Shown here: positions 15,504 through 27,987 of the stretch, piece by piece
Layout of the letters: the number at the start of each line of letters is the position of its first letter
How positions within the stretch are numbered: the stretch's first letter is position 1
NCBI GenBank assembly: GCA_951406725.2
Contig: OX597818.1
Coordinates: 101,618,001-101,682,000, forward strand
Source of the DNA: Octopus vulgaris
Lineage: Eukaryota
Direction of reading: 5' to 3'
Length of the DNA stretch: 64,000 bases
Position numbers and translations under genes: made by a program
Notes under the pieces: model-generated
Seen by the model: only the letters and a program-made list of their open reading frames with translations
Database searches by the model: none
Told to the model about the DNA's origin: nothing

Positions 15504-15650
15504 AGGTGATGAGATGGCAAAATCGTGAGCAAACTTGACACAATTCTTAGCGGCATTTTGTTTATTTTGACGTTCTCAGTTTAAATTCTGCCAAGGTCGA
15601 CTTTGTCTTTCATTCTATTGATGTCGATAAAAATGTACCAGTCGAAATTT
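15504..15650 (+). mobile_element. SINE family A copy, 3'-truncated
   Basis: GGTGATGAGATGGCAAAATCGTGAGC...AAGGTCGACTTTGTCTTTCATTC. Confidence 0.7.
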
Positions 15651-16999
15651 CTGGTCTTTCACAAATGATTTTAATCAACATTTGCATAATTTAGTTTGCA
15701 TAATATGGCACACCACGTATACATGCTATATTTGCAACTGTTTATTTATGTGACCCAGTTTCTTGAAATGGATTGCGTGTCTAACGCAAACTACAATCTT
15801 TATAATAAATTTTCGCTGTACCATCACGTGTATATAAAGGAAAAAATGTTTTCGCCAATATTATTAAAAGTACTTAATCCACTTATCATGAACATAAATG
15901 ACATATTTTTATTCAGGACTCTAAAAACGCAAATATGATTGACACACATCAGGTTCAAGAACACGATAGTTGGCTTGCGTTCACATGTTGTTTGCCCTTT
16001 CATATAATGCATATTATATTAGTGCATCATATATATTTATTTTTAAATAAAGATATTAGTATACATATGTCTCCTACGAAAGAAGTGAATGTATACCATA
16101 TTGGAAATTTGGTGATGAACTTTCTGCATATAATTGTATAGATTAGTTTAGCTCCATCTTCAGTGACTCTTTCGTGTACAAACACACATATACACAGATA
16201 CACTTACGCATGCACATATATCAATATATATAAAAAGACACGCACATATAGTTACACACACATACACTGACGTACATATATAAATAATTTCATAGATTAT
16301 TTACTATATTAGACGTTTTGCGTCATTGAATTAATGTATCTGTAAAGGTCAGGAACGTTTAAGATGAATAATATAAGCTTGAAGGCAGGGTGAATTCTTG
16401 AAAACAGTTAAATCCGCATGTGTGTGTGTGTGTGCTTATATACACACAGATATACACACATATATATTCATAGATATGTATATATATGTATATGTTTAGT
16501 GATGCAAAGAAAGGCGTTTGGGATTGATATATAAAATATATAAACATATTGACATGTAAATACATATGGAGATAAAACTATGGAGAAATATTTAGAAGAT
16601 GAAATATTTAGAAGATGAAGGATTGGTTACAAACAAATAGATATATTTACATTTAAAGCATAAATTTACAGGGAGTAAAAATATACAGAAAACTGAGAGA
16701 GAGAATGGTATTCCATGTCCAATAGCTATATCTGGGGTCTCGGAATTACATAATCGTTGTAATTCTGGCGGACAAAATTTGTCAAATTTCATAGTTATTC
16801 AACCAGTAGCAGATACTTATAAAAAGTACCGTAAAGCCGACCTTCATCTTCAGGGTGGAAAAACAGAAGGCTATTTCAGATTTATTGAGTCTGCAAAGCT
16901 TGTCGCTGAAACAATTCTGGAATTTATGAACTACAAATGTTTAAGCTGGGTTTCTGGCATGGTTGAAACTGTATCACGTGGAGAGGTTTTTTTTTTGTG

Positions 17000-17041
<42 letters not shown>

Positions 17042-17116
17042 ATATCTATCTATCTATATGTCTGTCTGTCTGTCTGTCTATGTATCTATCTATCTATCTA
17101 TTTATCTATCTATCTA

Positions 17117-17165
<49 letters not shown>

Positions 17166-17565
17166 CTTTTCAAGTGCTGTGTTTTTACTGAGATCCCCCT
17201 TTTAGTAGAAGGAATAGCTATATCTCTTTGACTGCTATTTCTAAATTCGGTGTGTTGGTGAGGCAATTCGTTGCTAAACCCTTAATTACTTAGTATTACT
17301 TAAATTTTCCTCGAATGGGGCTTTTACATGCCGAAATCTACTTGGTGTAATTGATAATTATTCCAAATTAATTAATTTCACCCTTTATTATTACTGATAA
17401 CCATATTTTACCCCAGTAAATGACCGCAGCATTTTGTCTTGGCTACACGCTGGTGGAAGGGGGCTGGTGACACAAACTTTCATTCAAACTTTGAATTTCG
17501 TGGTACTGGTCATGCTTTGTGAGTGCTTCTGTGAGGCAATTCTTTGCTAAACCCTTAATTACTTA

Positions 17566-17604
<39 letters not shown>

Positions 17605-18477
17605 GTGTGTGTGTAAATGAAATAAATAGTTCGATTATCAAACGAACATCATCGGTTTTCTTGTACCAAAATTATTCTGCTATTTGCATCAATACTGCCT
17701 CAAACTTTTAAGATAATACTACACACTCATAACGATTCAATAAGTCGATTTTGTCGGCTTTGGAAAATCCAGTATCATGAAAATGTAAACCGAAGTAATA
17801 GGGGACAAGAGATGAAGATTTCTAGTGTTACTACACTTATTTCTCAGGATGTATATCAGATCGAGCTACAAATATACTTGACTGGAGTGTAGTTCTTTAC
17901 CATCAACGTGTAAGGAAACAACACTGGTTTCAGCCATGATTACATTCCTATGGTTAGTTCTTACAATAACGCTTTGCTGATATTTCTGCCAAATAAATGA
18001 CACTTGTCATTTGCGCTAAATTACGCAGAACCAGAGCTGAAGAAGACTTGCTGGTAATATCCAAGATATGTAAGAGAGTGTTATTGCGAATGTTTGTCAT
18101 TTTACCGGTTTCCCGCTGTTGAATATGCATCTTTATTACTTTAAACGTTTTAGATCTACAAGCCTGTGTACTCTCAGGAGATGACATAACTTATGTTTGC
18201 AAATATGACAGATTAAAATCGTACGTCAGTTTCACTCTCAAACCTACATAGTTTCGGATCACATCGGAACGAATAACTGCTCAGGCAACCCAAAATAGAC
18301 TTGATGTTCAGGATAATGTATTTCCAAGGAAATTGATTTCAGTTACAAAGCTCTCCAAGGAAGACACTGTGTTTGAGAATATATATACTGAATATATAGG
18401 CTTCATGTAATAATCTTAACCTAATATGACTCGTATTTCAACGTTGCTGCATAGATTTTAACACGCTTTTTTTATAT

Positions 18478-18650
18478 ACAGTTCTACATTTAAGAGATGA
18501 GGAATTGTGCACATTATGTTCATAATTTTAATTTGACGGATATTTGTCCTCATCTTGTTTGTTGTTAACATATCATTTCGGCTGATATACCCTCGAGCCT
18601 TCATCGGGTGTATTGGGGAAATTTCGAACCTGGGTTCTCATTTCTAAGCT
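18478..18650 (-). mobile_element. short repeat module carrying a degenerate minimal hammerhead core
   Basis: Minus strand reads ACAC-CCGATGA-A-GGCT(CGAGGGTATATC)AGCC-GAAA-TGAT (18611-18572): a CUGAUGA-like box, a 4-bp helix II and a GAAA box. Confidence 0.55.
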
Positions 18651-18667
18651 ATAATAAATATATTATT

Positions 18668-18710
18668 ACTGTTGTATTTGCTGTTGTTGTTTTTGTTGTT
18701 GTTTTTGTTG

Positions 18711-18790
<80 letters not shown>
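18668..18790. repeat. (TTG)n/(TTA)n microsatellite
   Basis: Directly visible. It forms the 3' flank of the Dong-like element. Confidence 0.97.
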
Positions 18791-18793
<3 letters not shown>

Positions 18794-21700
18794 TAGTTTT
18801 ATTTTTATAGCGTGCTTTCACTTCACTCCCGAGCGCAGCTCTGTGTGCCTTGGGTATGTGCTCTGATTTGTTGTGATGCTCTGATGGTTATTGTATGGAA
18901 AGTGTTCTGAGTAGGATGTGTGCAGTGCCTAGTAGTGCAATTTTCTGTATGTTATATGTGTTTGTAAGTCCTGGTGTTTTTGTTATGTATTTGTCTGAAT
19001 ATGTTTTATCATGCCTAATGCACCTACTATGATAGGAATTGTTTCTGTTTTCAGATTCCACATTCTAGTTACCTCTATTTTCAGGTCTTTGTATTTTGAG
19101 AGATTCTCCATTTCTTTTAGAGACACGTTGTCATCTGCCGGTATTGATACTTCAATTAGAAAGCATTTTTTTTCTTCATGATCTTTGACAACTATATCTG
19201 GTCTGTTGGCCTTAATTTCTCTATCTGTGTGTATCGGCATATCTCAGAGTATGGTTGCTTTCTCGTTTTCTGTGACCTTTTCTGGTGTGTGCCAACACCA
19301 TCTTTTTTCTGTTGTTATTCCATAATGTTGGCATAGCTTCCAATGTATGTAGGTTCCTACTCTGTCATGTCTGTGAATATAGTCCTTCTTAACCAGGTCT
19401 GGGCAGCCAGAGATAATATGATTCATTGTTTCTTGTCCATCTCCACATATTCTGCAGTTACTTGTAATATTTCTTTTCATTACATGTTTTTGGTAATTTC
19501 TGGTGGAGAGGCTTTGGTCTTGTGCTGCAATTAAGAATCCCTCTGTTTCTGCTTTGAGTCCTGAGCTTCTCAACCATTGCTGGGATTTTTCTTTGTCTAT
19601 TTCTTTTGCGTTTAGTTTAGTCCAGTATTTACCATGAAGGGGCTTTTCTTGCCATCGTTTTATCATGGTTCGTTGCTGTTCTATTTTTACTTTGGATTTC
19701 ATTTGTTTTATAGCTTTTGTTGTTTCTTCATCTTCTTCTTCTTCTTCTTCATGTTTATTAGGTGGTGTGATTTCTTGTTTGTATTTGTCAGCTTCCTTAA
19801 ATACTGATAACAGTTTTTTGTTTTGCTCGTGTTTTGCCGCTATCTGGATCAGTTTTCCTCCCTTCTGAAGTAGATATTTTTGCAGTCCTATGGTGGTTAT
19901 TTTATAGTAGTTTTCCAGCTGTATAAGGCCTCTACCACCTTCTATACGTTGTATATATAGTCTTTCTATGTCAGATTTTGGGTGATGCATCCTAGATCCT
20001 GTCATTATTTTTCTTGTTTTCCTATCTATTTTGGTCAGTTCATTTCGTGTCCAGTTAAGGATATTGTAGCTGTAACTTATAACTGGGACAGCTAAAGTGT
20101 TGATACCTATTATCTTCTTTTTAGCATTGAGCTCTGTTTTTAGTATTGATCTAACTCGTCTATAATATTTTTTTTTTATTTTCTCTTTCATTTGTGTGTG
20201 TTGTGTCTTATCTAGTTCATGGATTCCTAAGTATTTGTAAGTGGGGCTTTGGTCTAATTCTTTTATTTCATTGGTTTTATCTAGTGTGATGTTGTTACTC
20301 TTAACTAGTTTTCCTCTTTTCATGGTTACTTTGGCGCATTTTTCTAATCCAAATTTCATATCTATTTCTTTGGTAAATCCATGAACTGTTTTTAATAGTA
20401 TTTCCAGATGTTTGTCATTTGCAGAGTATAGTTTTAGGTCATCCATATATAAAAGGTGGCTGATCGTTTTGCCGTAACATTTATATCCGCATCCAGTTCT
20501 ATTTAGTATATCAGATAGAGGTGACAGTGCCAAGCAGAAAAGGAGTGGAGAGAGCGTGTCTCCCTGGAATATTCCTCTTCTAATGGGGATGTCTTTGGTT
20601 TTCATGAGTCCCTCTTTTGTTTGGAGGTGTAGGACTGTTTGCCATTTATTCATAGAGTGATCTATGAATTTTATGATTGTTGGTGCTACTTTGTTAATGG
20701 CTAGTGTTTCGAGGATCCATGTGTGGGGGATGCTATTAGACGCCTTTTTGTAGTCAATCCAGGCCATACTGAGGCCTTTCTTCTTTCTGTGGCTGTCTTC
20801 AATTATGGCTTTATTAATCATTAGTTGATCTTTACAGCCATATGAACCTTTGCGGCATCCATTCTGCTCTTCTGGGAACAGTTTGTTTTCGCCCAGGTGC
20901 TTGTTCAGCCTTTGCGATATCACTGCAGTAAATGCCTTGAACATAGTAGGGAGGCAGGTTATTGGTCTGTAGTTTTCTGGTTTTTTCTGTTTCATTTGAT
21001 TTGGGAATTAAGATGGTTTTCCCCTTCGTGAGCCATTCAGGCATTGTCTCTGGCTCTGCTAGTATGTTGTTAAAGTTTTCAGCTAGCTTTTTGTGCATTC
21101 CTGTTAGATATTTCAACCAGAAGTTGCGGATCTTGTCAGGCCCAGCTGCCTTCCAATTGCTTAGTTTTTGCAGTGCCTGGGTGACCTCTTCAGTTGTTAT
21201 GGGGGTCCAAAGTTGTTCAGATGCCGAGTTTGTTATTTTTTTTTGGCTGTTCGTTCGCCGACCATATTTCTTTCCAGAATTCTTCCAATTCTTCTGCCGT
21301 TGGTGCTGCAGTGACTTCTATTTTATTTTTGCCCAGTTCTTGGTAGAACTTTTTGGGGTCGGAGTTGAACTTTCTGTTCTGTTCAAAGAAGCGTTGGCGT
21401 TTCTCGTACCGGCGGATCCTTTGAGCTTTGGCAAGGATATCTTGCTTCAGCTTTTCTTTTATCTCCGGCAAATCTTTTTCTGTGATGTTATATTTGCGGA
21501 GCATTTTTGTTCTCTTTTTGTTGCTCAGTAGCGTTGCCTGTTTGCTGATTTCATTAAGAATCGACAGGTCTTTTCTAATTTTTTTTTTTTTGCTTTGGAT
21601 GTTATTTATCCACAGGGTTTGTTTGAGTGGTGGTACTCCTGTTTGGGCGCGTTTGGGTGAGTATCCAGCTTCTTTTGTGGCTGCTGTGGCTGCTGCGTAT

Positions 21701-21861
21701 ATTAAGTCATTTAGCTCAGTGATATCACTTTTTTTTGTTTCAGTGGCTGTCAGTTCAGTGACGGCTAGGTTTATGCTGTTTATAATTGGTGTTGTTATTT
21801 CGTTTATTTTGATTCTTGGGAGGTATTGTCGGTGGTCCATTTTGAGCTCTGTGGTTTTGAG
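18791..21861 (-). mobile_element. R4/Dong-like RLE non-LTR retrotransposon, near full length and probably 5'-truncated, inserted in (TAA)n
   Basis: One disrupted reading frame with RT, zinc knuckle and restriction-like endonuclease domains, a 3' UTR of about 100 bp, and TAA tracts on both sides. Dong-type elements are known to target TAA repeats. Confidence 0.92.
18888..21860 (-). pseudogene. disrupted RT-RLE polyprotein (about 990 codons)
   Basis: Motifs: NWKAAGPD, NYRPITCL, EEQNGCRKG, WIDYKKA, RRGIFQGDTLSPLLF, LYMDDLKL, YKYLG, GGRGL, CRICGDGQETMNHIISGC, RHD, NRPDIVV, IEVSIP, KYKDL, LLGTAHILLRTLSIQ*. Frameshifts near 21240, 20990 and 19000, and a TGA at 19244-19246 where the W of ILWD is expected. 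Confidence 0.93.
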
Positions 21862-21935
21862 TTCTTCTTCTTCTTCTTCTTCTTCTTCTTCTTCTTCTTC
21901 TTCTTCTTCTTCTTCTTCTTCTTCTTCTTCTTCTT

Positions 21936-21966
<31 letters not shown>

Positions 21967-22069
21967 TTATTATTATTATTATTATTATTGTTATTATTAT
22001 TATTATTATTATCATTATTATCATTATTATTATTATTATTACTATTATTATTATTATTGTTGTTGTTCC

Positions 22070-22129
<60 letters not shown>
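21862..22129. repeat. compound (TTC)n then (TTA)n microsatellite
   Basis: Directly visible. TTC runs 21862-21963 and TTA follows. Confidence 0.98.
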
Positions 22130-22132
<3 letters not shown>

Positions 22133-22207
22133 AGACATGGCCTGGAATCGAACTCGGAATCTTGGGGTTAATAGCCCGCTCTCTTTACCACTACGCCATA
22201 TGCCCAC
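22130..22207 (-). mobile_element. tRNA-derived SINE head with Pol III A and B boxes
   Basis: Minus strand GGGCATA-TGGCGTAGTGG(A box)-TAAAGAGAGCGGGCTATTAACCCCAAGATTCCGA-GTTCGATTCC(B box)-AGGC runs directly into (AAT)n. The acceptor stem is poor. Confidence 0.75.
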
Positions 22208-22904
22208 GTAAACATCATGTCCATTTTATCATTAGTGGGGAAACTTTCAGATTCTAGTGTGGACAAACTATTTCAGATATTGGGGATGGAGAACAGTTCC
22301 CATTTTAATGTGTTCAACTACGGCGAACAGGGAGCTTGTATGGGTGATGAGTTAAATATATGTAACGTATTTTCAAGTAAGACTGACAAATTAGAATCTT
22401 TACACCTTCTATGTGTAAAGGAAAACCCAGTTGATAACGGTTTGCGTAGCTTCCCCGATATTCAAGCGAGATATTGTCAACATAAGCAAAACCCCTTTCA
22501 AATGTCACGTATCTAGATTCGTCACTTTCCTAGTTTCTTTTGACCACATGTATAACACAAACGTTTGTGAACTGGAGGTTTTGTAATATTGATGGAACTG
22601 TATTTTGAATATATTGTTAATTGTGTCAACAGCCATTGGAATCCAAATTGAAATTTTGGTGCGATTTAGCAAGTAATCACTACTTAAGAAGATTGTCTCA
22701 ATTACTAAATCACAATATCGCACTTTTCTCTGCTCTACAGCGAATGAAATTATATCAGCATTTCTCATAGACACTGAGTATATAATCTCACATAAACATC
22801 ATCCAAGTTAGCACCGTTTAAAATATCATATATTTCCATACTGAAACTCGTATATTCTCTGTACCGGTGTATACAAATTGTCACGTAATATTTGACACCC
22901 AAAA

Positions 22905-23255
22905 GGTGGCAAGATGGCAGAATCGTTAGCTTATTTCGTCTGCCGTTACGTTCTGAGTTCAAATTCCACCGAGGTCGACTTTGCCTTTCATCCTTTCGGG
23001 GTCGATGAAATAAATACCAGTTACGCACTGGGGTCGATATAATCGACTTAATCCCTTTGTGTGTCCTTGTTTTCTCCCCTCTGTGTGTAGCTCCTTGTTG
23101 GCAGTAAATAAATAGGTATTTCGTCTGTCGTTACCTTCCACCGAGGTCCATTTTGCCTGTTATCCTTTTGGGGTCGATACAGTTGCCTACTAGGACCGAT
23201 CTAATCGACTATCCCCTTCCCTAAACATCTCGGGCCTTGTCTCTAGAGTAGAAAA
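22905..23255 (+). mobile_element. SINE family A, composite (partial dimer) with target-site duplication
   Basis: A full unit plus a second core. Flanked by TAATATTTGACACCCA (22886-22901) and TAATATTTTACACTCA (23256-23271). Confidence 0.88.
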
Positions 23256-24626
23256 TAATATTTTACACTCAGTTTTCACCTGCACAAAAATGATTCTGTT
23301 AGAAATCTTGTTTAAATTATAGATTTCTTCAAATGTTTAAATACGACGTCACAGAAATACGCTATTACGTTTTATTAAAAATGATTTTTGTGTAATTATA
23401 ATTTTTTCGCACAAAATGGGGACACATTTGCTTATTTTATGTTACCTACAGAAATATAGGTGGTGTCTTCTGATTGCAAGAAAAAGTTAGCTATCGTAAA
23501 TATGTTTTTACTCTTTTCAGACACTGGATATACACAGTTGCTGGGGCACCGACTTCTACGCTTTACTCGAACAAGTCTATCACAGAACTCCTTTTTCCGC
23601 CATGCACTTATTCTAACAGTCAACTAAGTTTACCACCAACGCCTATCAAGTAGTAGTGGGGAGAAATACAGTACAAGCAGGAAGACAGACAGACAGACAC
23701 ACACCCACACATATATCCATATATATATATATATATATACATCTTCTATATCAATTCTAAGATCTACAGTAATATGCGGTGCTCAACTTAACGTTTTTGT
23801 CTTCTTCAAATAATACTTGGCACAGGTAACGTGTGACGAAAATTGATTAATTCTTTATCAAGAATTTATTTGTTCATGACTTCACCTGCATAATATTAAC
23901 TTATAATAGTGTCTTTTAATCACTAAACTATATTTTAGAAGATGTAAGTCTGTAGAAGCTATCGTCTTCGACTCTTTATGACTCCATTTACAAGTTGTCG
24001 ATATATATCGTATGTTCCAACCGTAGGGCAACACCGTTTCCTTCCAGCATTTATTATATAAAAAGAATCGCAATATATACCGCACAACATACATATGCAT
24101 GCACGATTATACACAGACATACACAGAAACACACAAAGTGGTGTACACTTGATTGACACTTTCATAAGTTGCTTCTGTGCATTTCATTTATAAAATGTTC
24201 GACGTTGCTTTGATCATGTATATCTGATATCATTTGGGAACTAGCACTAGTTCTGCTATGCATGATATGATTGTCTATGTTTCCATAAAATGACCAGCAC
24301 AAACACGTCTACTAAGGAAACGAAGCAACAGCGTTCTACACCGCTGTTTAATATCCAGAGTGTTTTACATATAGCTGTCAAATGCAAGTGTATCGGTGGT
24401 GTCTAGTAAAAGTTAAAGCGAAAGAAATGCCATATGCCAAAGTCTAATACGTCAGTAGAGAAGTAGAGGAAGCGGCCGAAAGAGACGAAGAGAGAGAATG
24501 GAGGTTGACAAATTGAACAGAAATATACTAAATTGGAAATAGCAGAATAATATTAGTTACAGAAACTATAGCGGATCGAATCATTGATTTGCTTTCATAA
24601 CTGCTGGTTAAGGTATTAATTCATAT

Positions 24627-24930
24627 ATTCCATGGACACCGAAAGGATAGAATCCAAATTCAACCAAAACTGAATTTGAACTGAGTAAAAAAAGCCGCAA
24701 GTATGTCGCTATCCACTTTGTCTGACTTCCTAACGATTCTACTTGATCGCCCCTTTCATTATGATAAGTAATACATTCGTCTGTAGACGCAAGGCCTAAA
24801 ATTCTTGTGGTTAGACGTTTACATCGACCCTAATGGTGCTTAATATGTCAATCCCTAAACAGTGAAAAAGTATAACCAACCTCGGCGGCATTTGAACTCA
24901 GAACGTAAAAGTGGCAGATATTTCGCGAAG
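24627..24930 (-). mobile_element. two adjacent degenerate SINE family A copies
   Basis: CCGAAAGGAT..GAATTTGAACT..CTAACGATTCT at 24627-24752 and ACCTCGGCGGCATTTGAACTCAGAACGT at 24790-24930. Confidence 0.65.
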
Positions 24931-24964
24931 TGAGTTTAACAACTATAGAATAGACTGTGCTGTC

Positions 24965-26270
24965 TACAAGTGTTGGCTGAGAAGTTCATAGGATTACTAT
25001 GAAGAAGTAATGCTAGAGCTGTGAAATCTTGCATGCATTAATTTCACACCTTCTTATTAATACCTGCATTGCTTCTTCTAGGCAAATTGATATCTGGCAA
25101 TTCAAAGAAGACACAAATATATCTACTAGCAATTTCAATTGTAAATGGATAAAAGTTTGCTTCGTAATGTTGTTTAGTACCCGATGAAAAGGGAATTAGA
25201 TCCAAAGATATTGATGTTGAAATGATTTCTACATTATGAGAGATCCTCCAGGTTTACCAAGAGTGAAGAAGTGGGTTGCTTAATTCAAGAAGGGAAAGGA
25301 GATTGTTGAAGATAGCCTAAAGTTTAGACAACCTTAAATTGCCACTAAGAAGGAAAAGTGTTGATAGGGTTCGGCATATTATGATAAATGACAGACGATT
25401 GACTATAAATGATATTAGCATGTTCCAGGAGAGAGTTGAGAATATTCTGAGGAATGATCTTTTCGTGACGAACATTTCTGCTCGGTGGATACCAAGCCAT
25501 CCGACACCTGATCAAAAGCGGACCGACCTGGCTGTTCAGATTACGGGAAAATCTAATGTTGTTTTAAGCAGCTCCAGTTGGTTTTCTTGAACGTTTCCTA
25601 ACCCAGGTTGAGTGTTGGCTTCATCGTTTTCAGCCAGAGACAACAGATAAACCATGCAGTGTGAACAGCCCTCTGCATCTGTTCCAAAGGAAACATGGGT
25701 AATTTCATCTGTAGGGAGGGTGATGGCGTCGGTTTGATGTATGTAAAAGCACCGTTTACATTGAGTATCTTCAAAATGTCTATAATATCTATGGAGTGTG
25801 CTATACCAACTTGATGAAGCAGTTAAGAAAAGCTATCAAGACCAAAGCTCCCAAGAAAGCTGGCGAAAGGAGTTTTTGTTTCATGAGGACAATGTTCCAA
25901 AATAGAGGTGTTTGGTTTCAATAGCAATTGTGGGTGACTCTGGCTTTCAGCTGCTTAATATCGCCATCTATTCTCCTGAAGTGAATCTGACTGAGTATCA
26001 TCTGTTCCTCAACATGAAAAAAGCACTTAGCTGAGAACCAGTATCGCAGTGATGACGTCATATCTGCTGTTGATGACGTTTTAACCAAAAGGATAAAAGC
26101 TTCTTCACCAATGGAATCCATGCAAGCTAACACCAATGGAAAAAATGTGATGTGGCCCGCAAGGTGACTATGTGGAAAAAAAATAAAACTCATTTGGTCA
26201 CATTCCTTGAGAGAAATTTAGTCAGCCTATTAAAGTTACTCAGCCTATGAACCTTTAACCAGCCTATGTA
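24965..26270 (+). mobile_element. full-length but decayed mariner DNA transposon
   Basis: About 1.3 kb, bounded by TA. Degenerate TIRs GGCTGAGAAGTTCATAGG / CCTATGAACCTTTAACCAGCC. Peptide relics ARWIPSHPTPDQKR (WVPHEL motif), ECWLHRFQPET, FHEDNVP and YSPEVNLTEYHLF (YSPDLAP motif). Confidence 0.85.
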
Positions 26271-27577
26271 TGTTTAGTTAGTCTATGACTGTCCTAAAGT
26301 AACAACCGGCTCATTTTCAATGAGTAGGCACCCTACATTACTCCAATAAGTATATGATGAAACATTCTTTCTTTATTGGACATCAGAAGAAAGAATAGAT
26401 TTGAATCAATCAGCAGGTAAATGTATAAGTACGAGAATTCATTAAGAAAAAAAGGAAAATAAAATTCCCTTATTCATGATAGGTAAACACTTTCCAAAAT
26501 CTTCTAAAAATTTACATTATCCCCGATACAACATAATACGAAACCTATTAAACTGAAAAAAAAAAAACACGTAACAATTGTCTTTGTTCAGAAAACTAAA
26601 GAATTTAAGTTATAAAAATTTGATTATATGGACTGCTCAAATGGAACAGAGTGCTGTGCTTGCATATTGCAGTTTTCGTTCACAAAATCTGACGCAATAA
26701 AATTTGCAGATGCTTTGTTTCGCTCTAAGGCATGTTGTACGTAAATCTATTTTGGACCATGTTCATTACATATTTGACAATGTAAATGCTTACTCACAAC
26801 GATATATTTGTAGAGATATAAATTAATCTTTGTCTGGTTGATCAAAAACTTTATTCTACATATCAGCTTACCAAAGTAAGAAGATTGTTTCTTAGAAACA
26901 AAGTCTAATGTAAATGCTATTCATTTATTTCCAGCTCATATCTGTGTATATCGTCATTGGAAAGAAGATTTCAATATATTTGTTAGGATGTGATTTCGAC
27001 GCCTGTAAAACAAGATTTTATATTTTCAACCATCTGAAATGGTAAAGATGATTAAGCTCATATGGCACACATTCGATACTTTGTAGAAAAACCAAAGAAA
27101 TCTTACACTTCATTTTTCATAAGATTGATACTTTTATAATGAAGGTGAAATTTAGAATCAAAATGTGAAGCAGAAAAGGAATATGCTCGATGTTTGTTTC
27201 CACCAAATAAACATCCATTTTCATTTTGCCCTAAAGTTCCAAAGTATATGTATTTAAATGAAATCTGTGTTCAATGAAAAGTATTCCGTTTGCTTTTTGC
27301 TGTACATATTTTCAACAACACCATTAGATATTCCCTGTGTTATGTTCCTCCGGTACAAAGTCTGAATTCATTGAATGAAAGGAAAGAAAAAAATGACGTA
27401 AATTCCTTGTACAAAACTCTGTCTTTACTGTGGTAATTTAACGCATCATTTTGCGTTACTAAGAGATAAACGCATATAATTTGCCTGCTCATCTCAAGCT
27501 GGTAATTCTCATTTAAATGCAAATCTGTATTTCTTTTTTTTTCCCTTCCGATCCACAATTTAATTACAAGCGTAACT

Positions 27578-27987
27578 TCTTTTTATTTGTTTCTGCCATT
27601 CGGTTGTGGCTATGTTGGAGTAAGGCGTTAATGAGTTTCAGTCGAATTAAATGGACCTATTCTTTCAAAGTCTAGCACTTTTTTCTACACGTATTATTTC
27701 TTTTTTTTTATTTTTCATATTGAATTTTTACTCTTTTCGTTGTTTTTTCGTCGTTGTTGAGGCGCCTGCAGGATCTGAAAAAGTATTTCTTCACATTACT
27801 CGCTCCAGATTATATAAGATTCTAGATTTTCGATAAATTTATGTATCCTACATAAAAACAATACTACTAGAATATACTCTTTTTATTTGTTTCTGCCATT
27901 CGGCTGTGGCTATGTTGGAGTAAGGCGTTAATGAGTTTCAGTCGAATTAAATGGACCTATTCTTTCAAAGTCTAGCACTTTTTTCTA
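27578..27987. repeat. 110-bp direct repeat with a 300-bp period (SINE family B 3' end, minus strand)
   Basis: 27578-27687 and 27878-27987 are identical apart from one visible mismatch. Only the second copy continues into further SINE-like sequence, to about 28070. Confidence 0.9.

Noticed and set aside
19244-19246. In-frame TGA as recoding (selenocysteine or readthrough)
   Set aside because: It sits at a conserved Trp (TGG to TGA) in a copy that also has several frameshifts, so a simple nonsense mutation is more likely.
20962-22171. Plus-strand ORFs of 189 and 247 aa
   Set aside because: They are antisense shadows of the RT-RLE frame plus microsatellite.
22130-22207. Functional tRNA gene
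   Set aside because: A and B boxes are present, but acceptor and anticodon stems pair poorly and it runs into (AAT)n rather than a T-run terminator. Treated as a SINE head.
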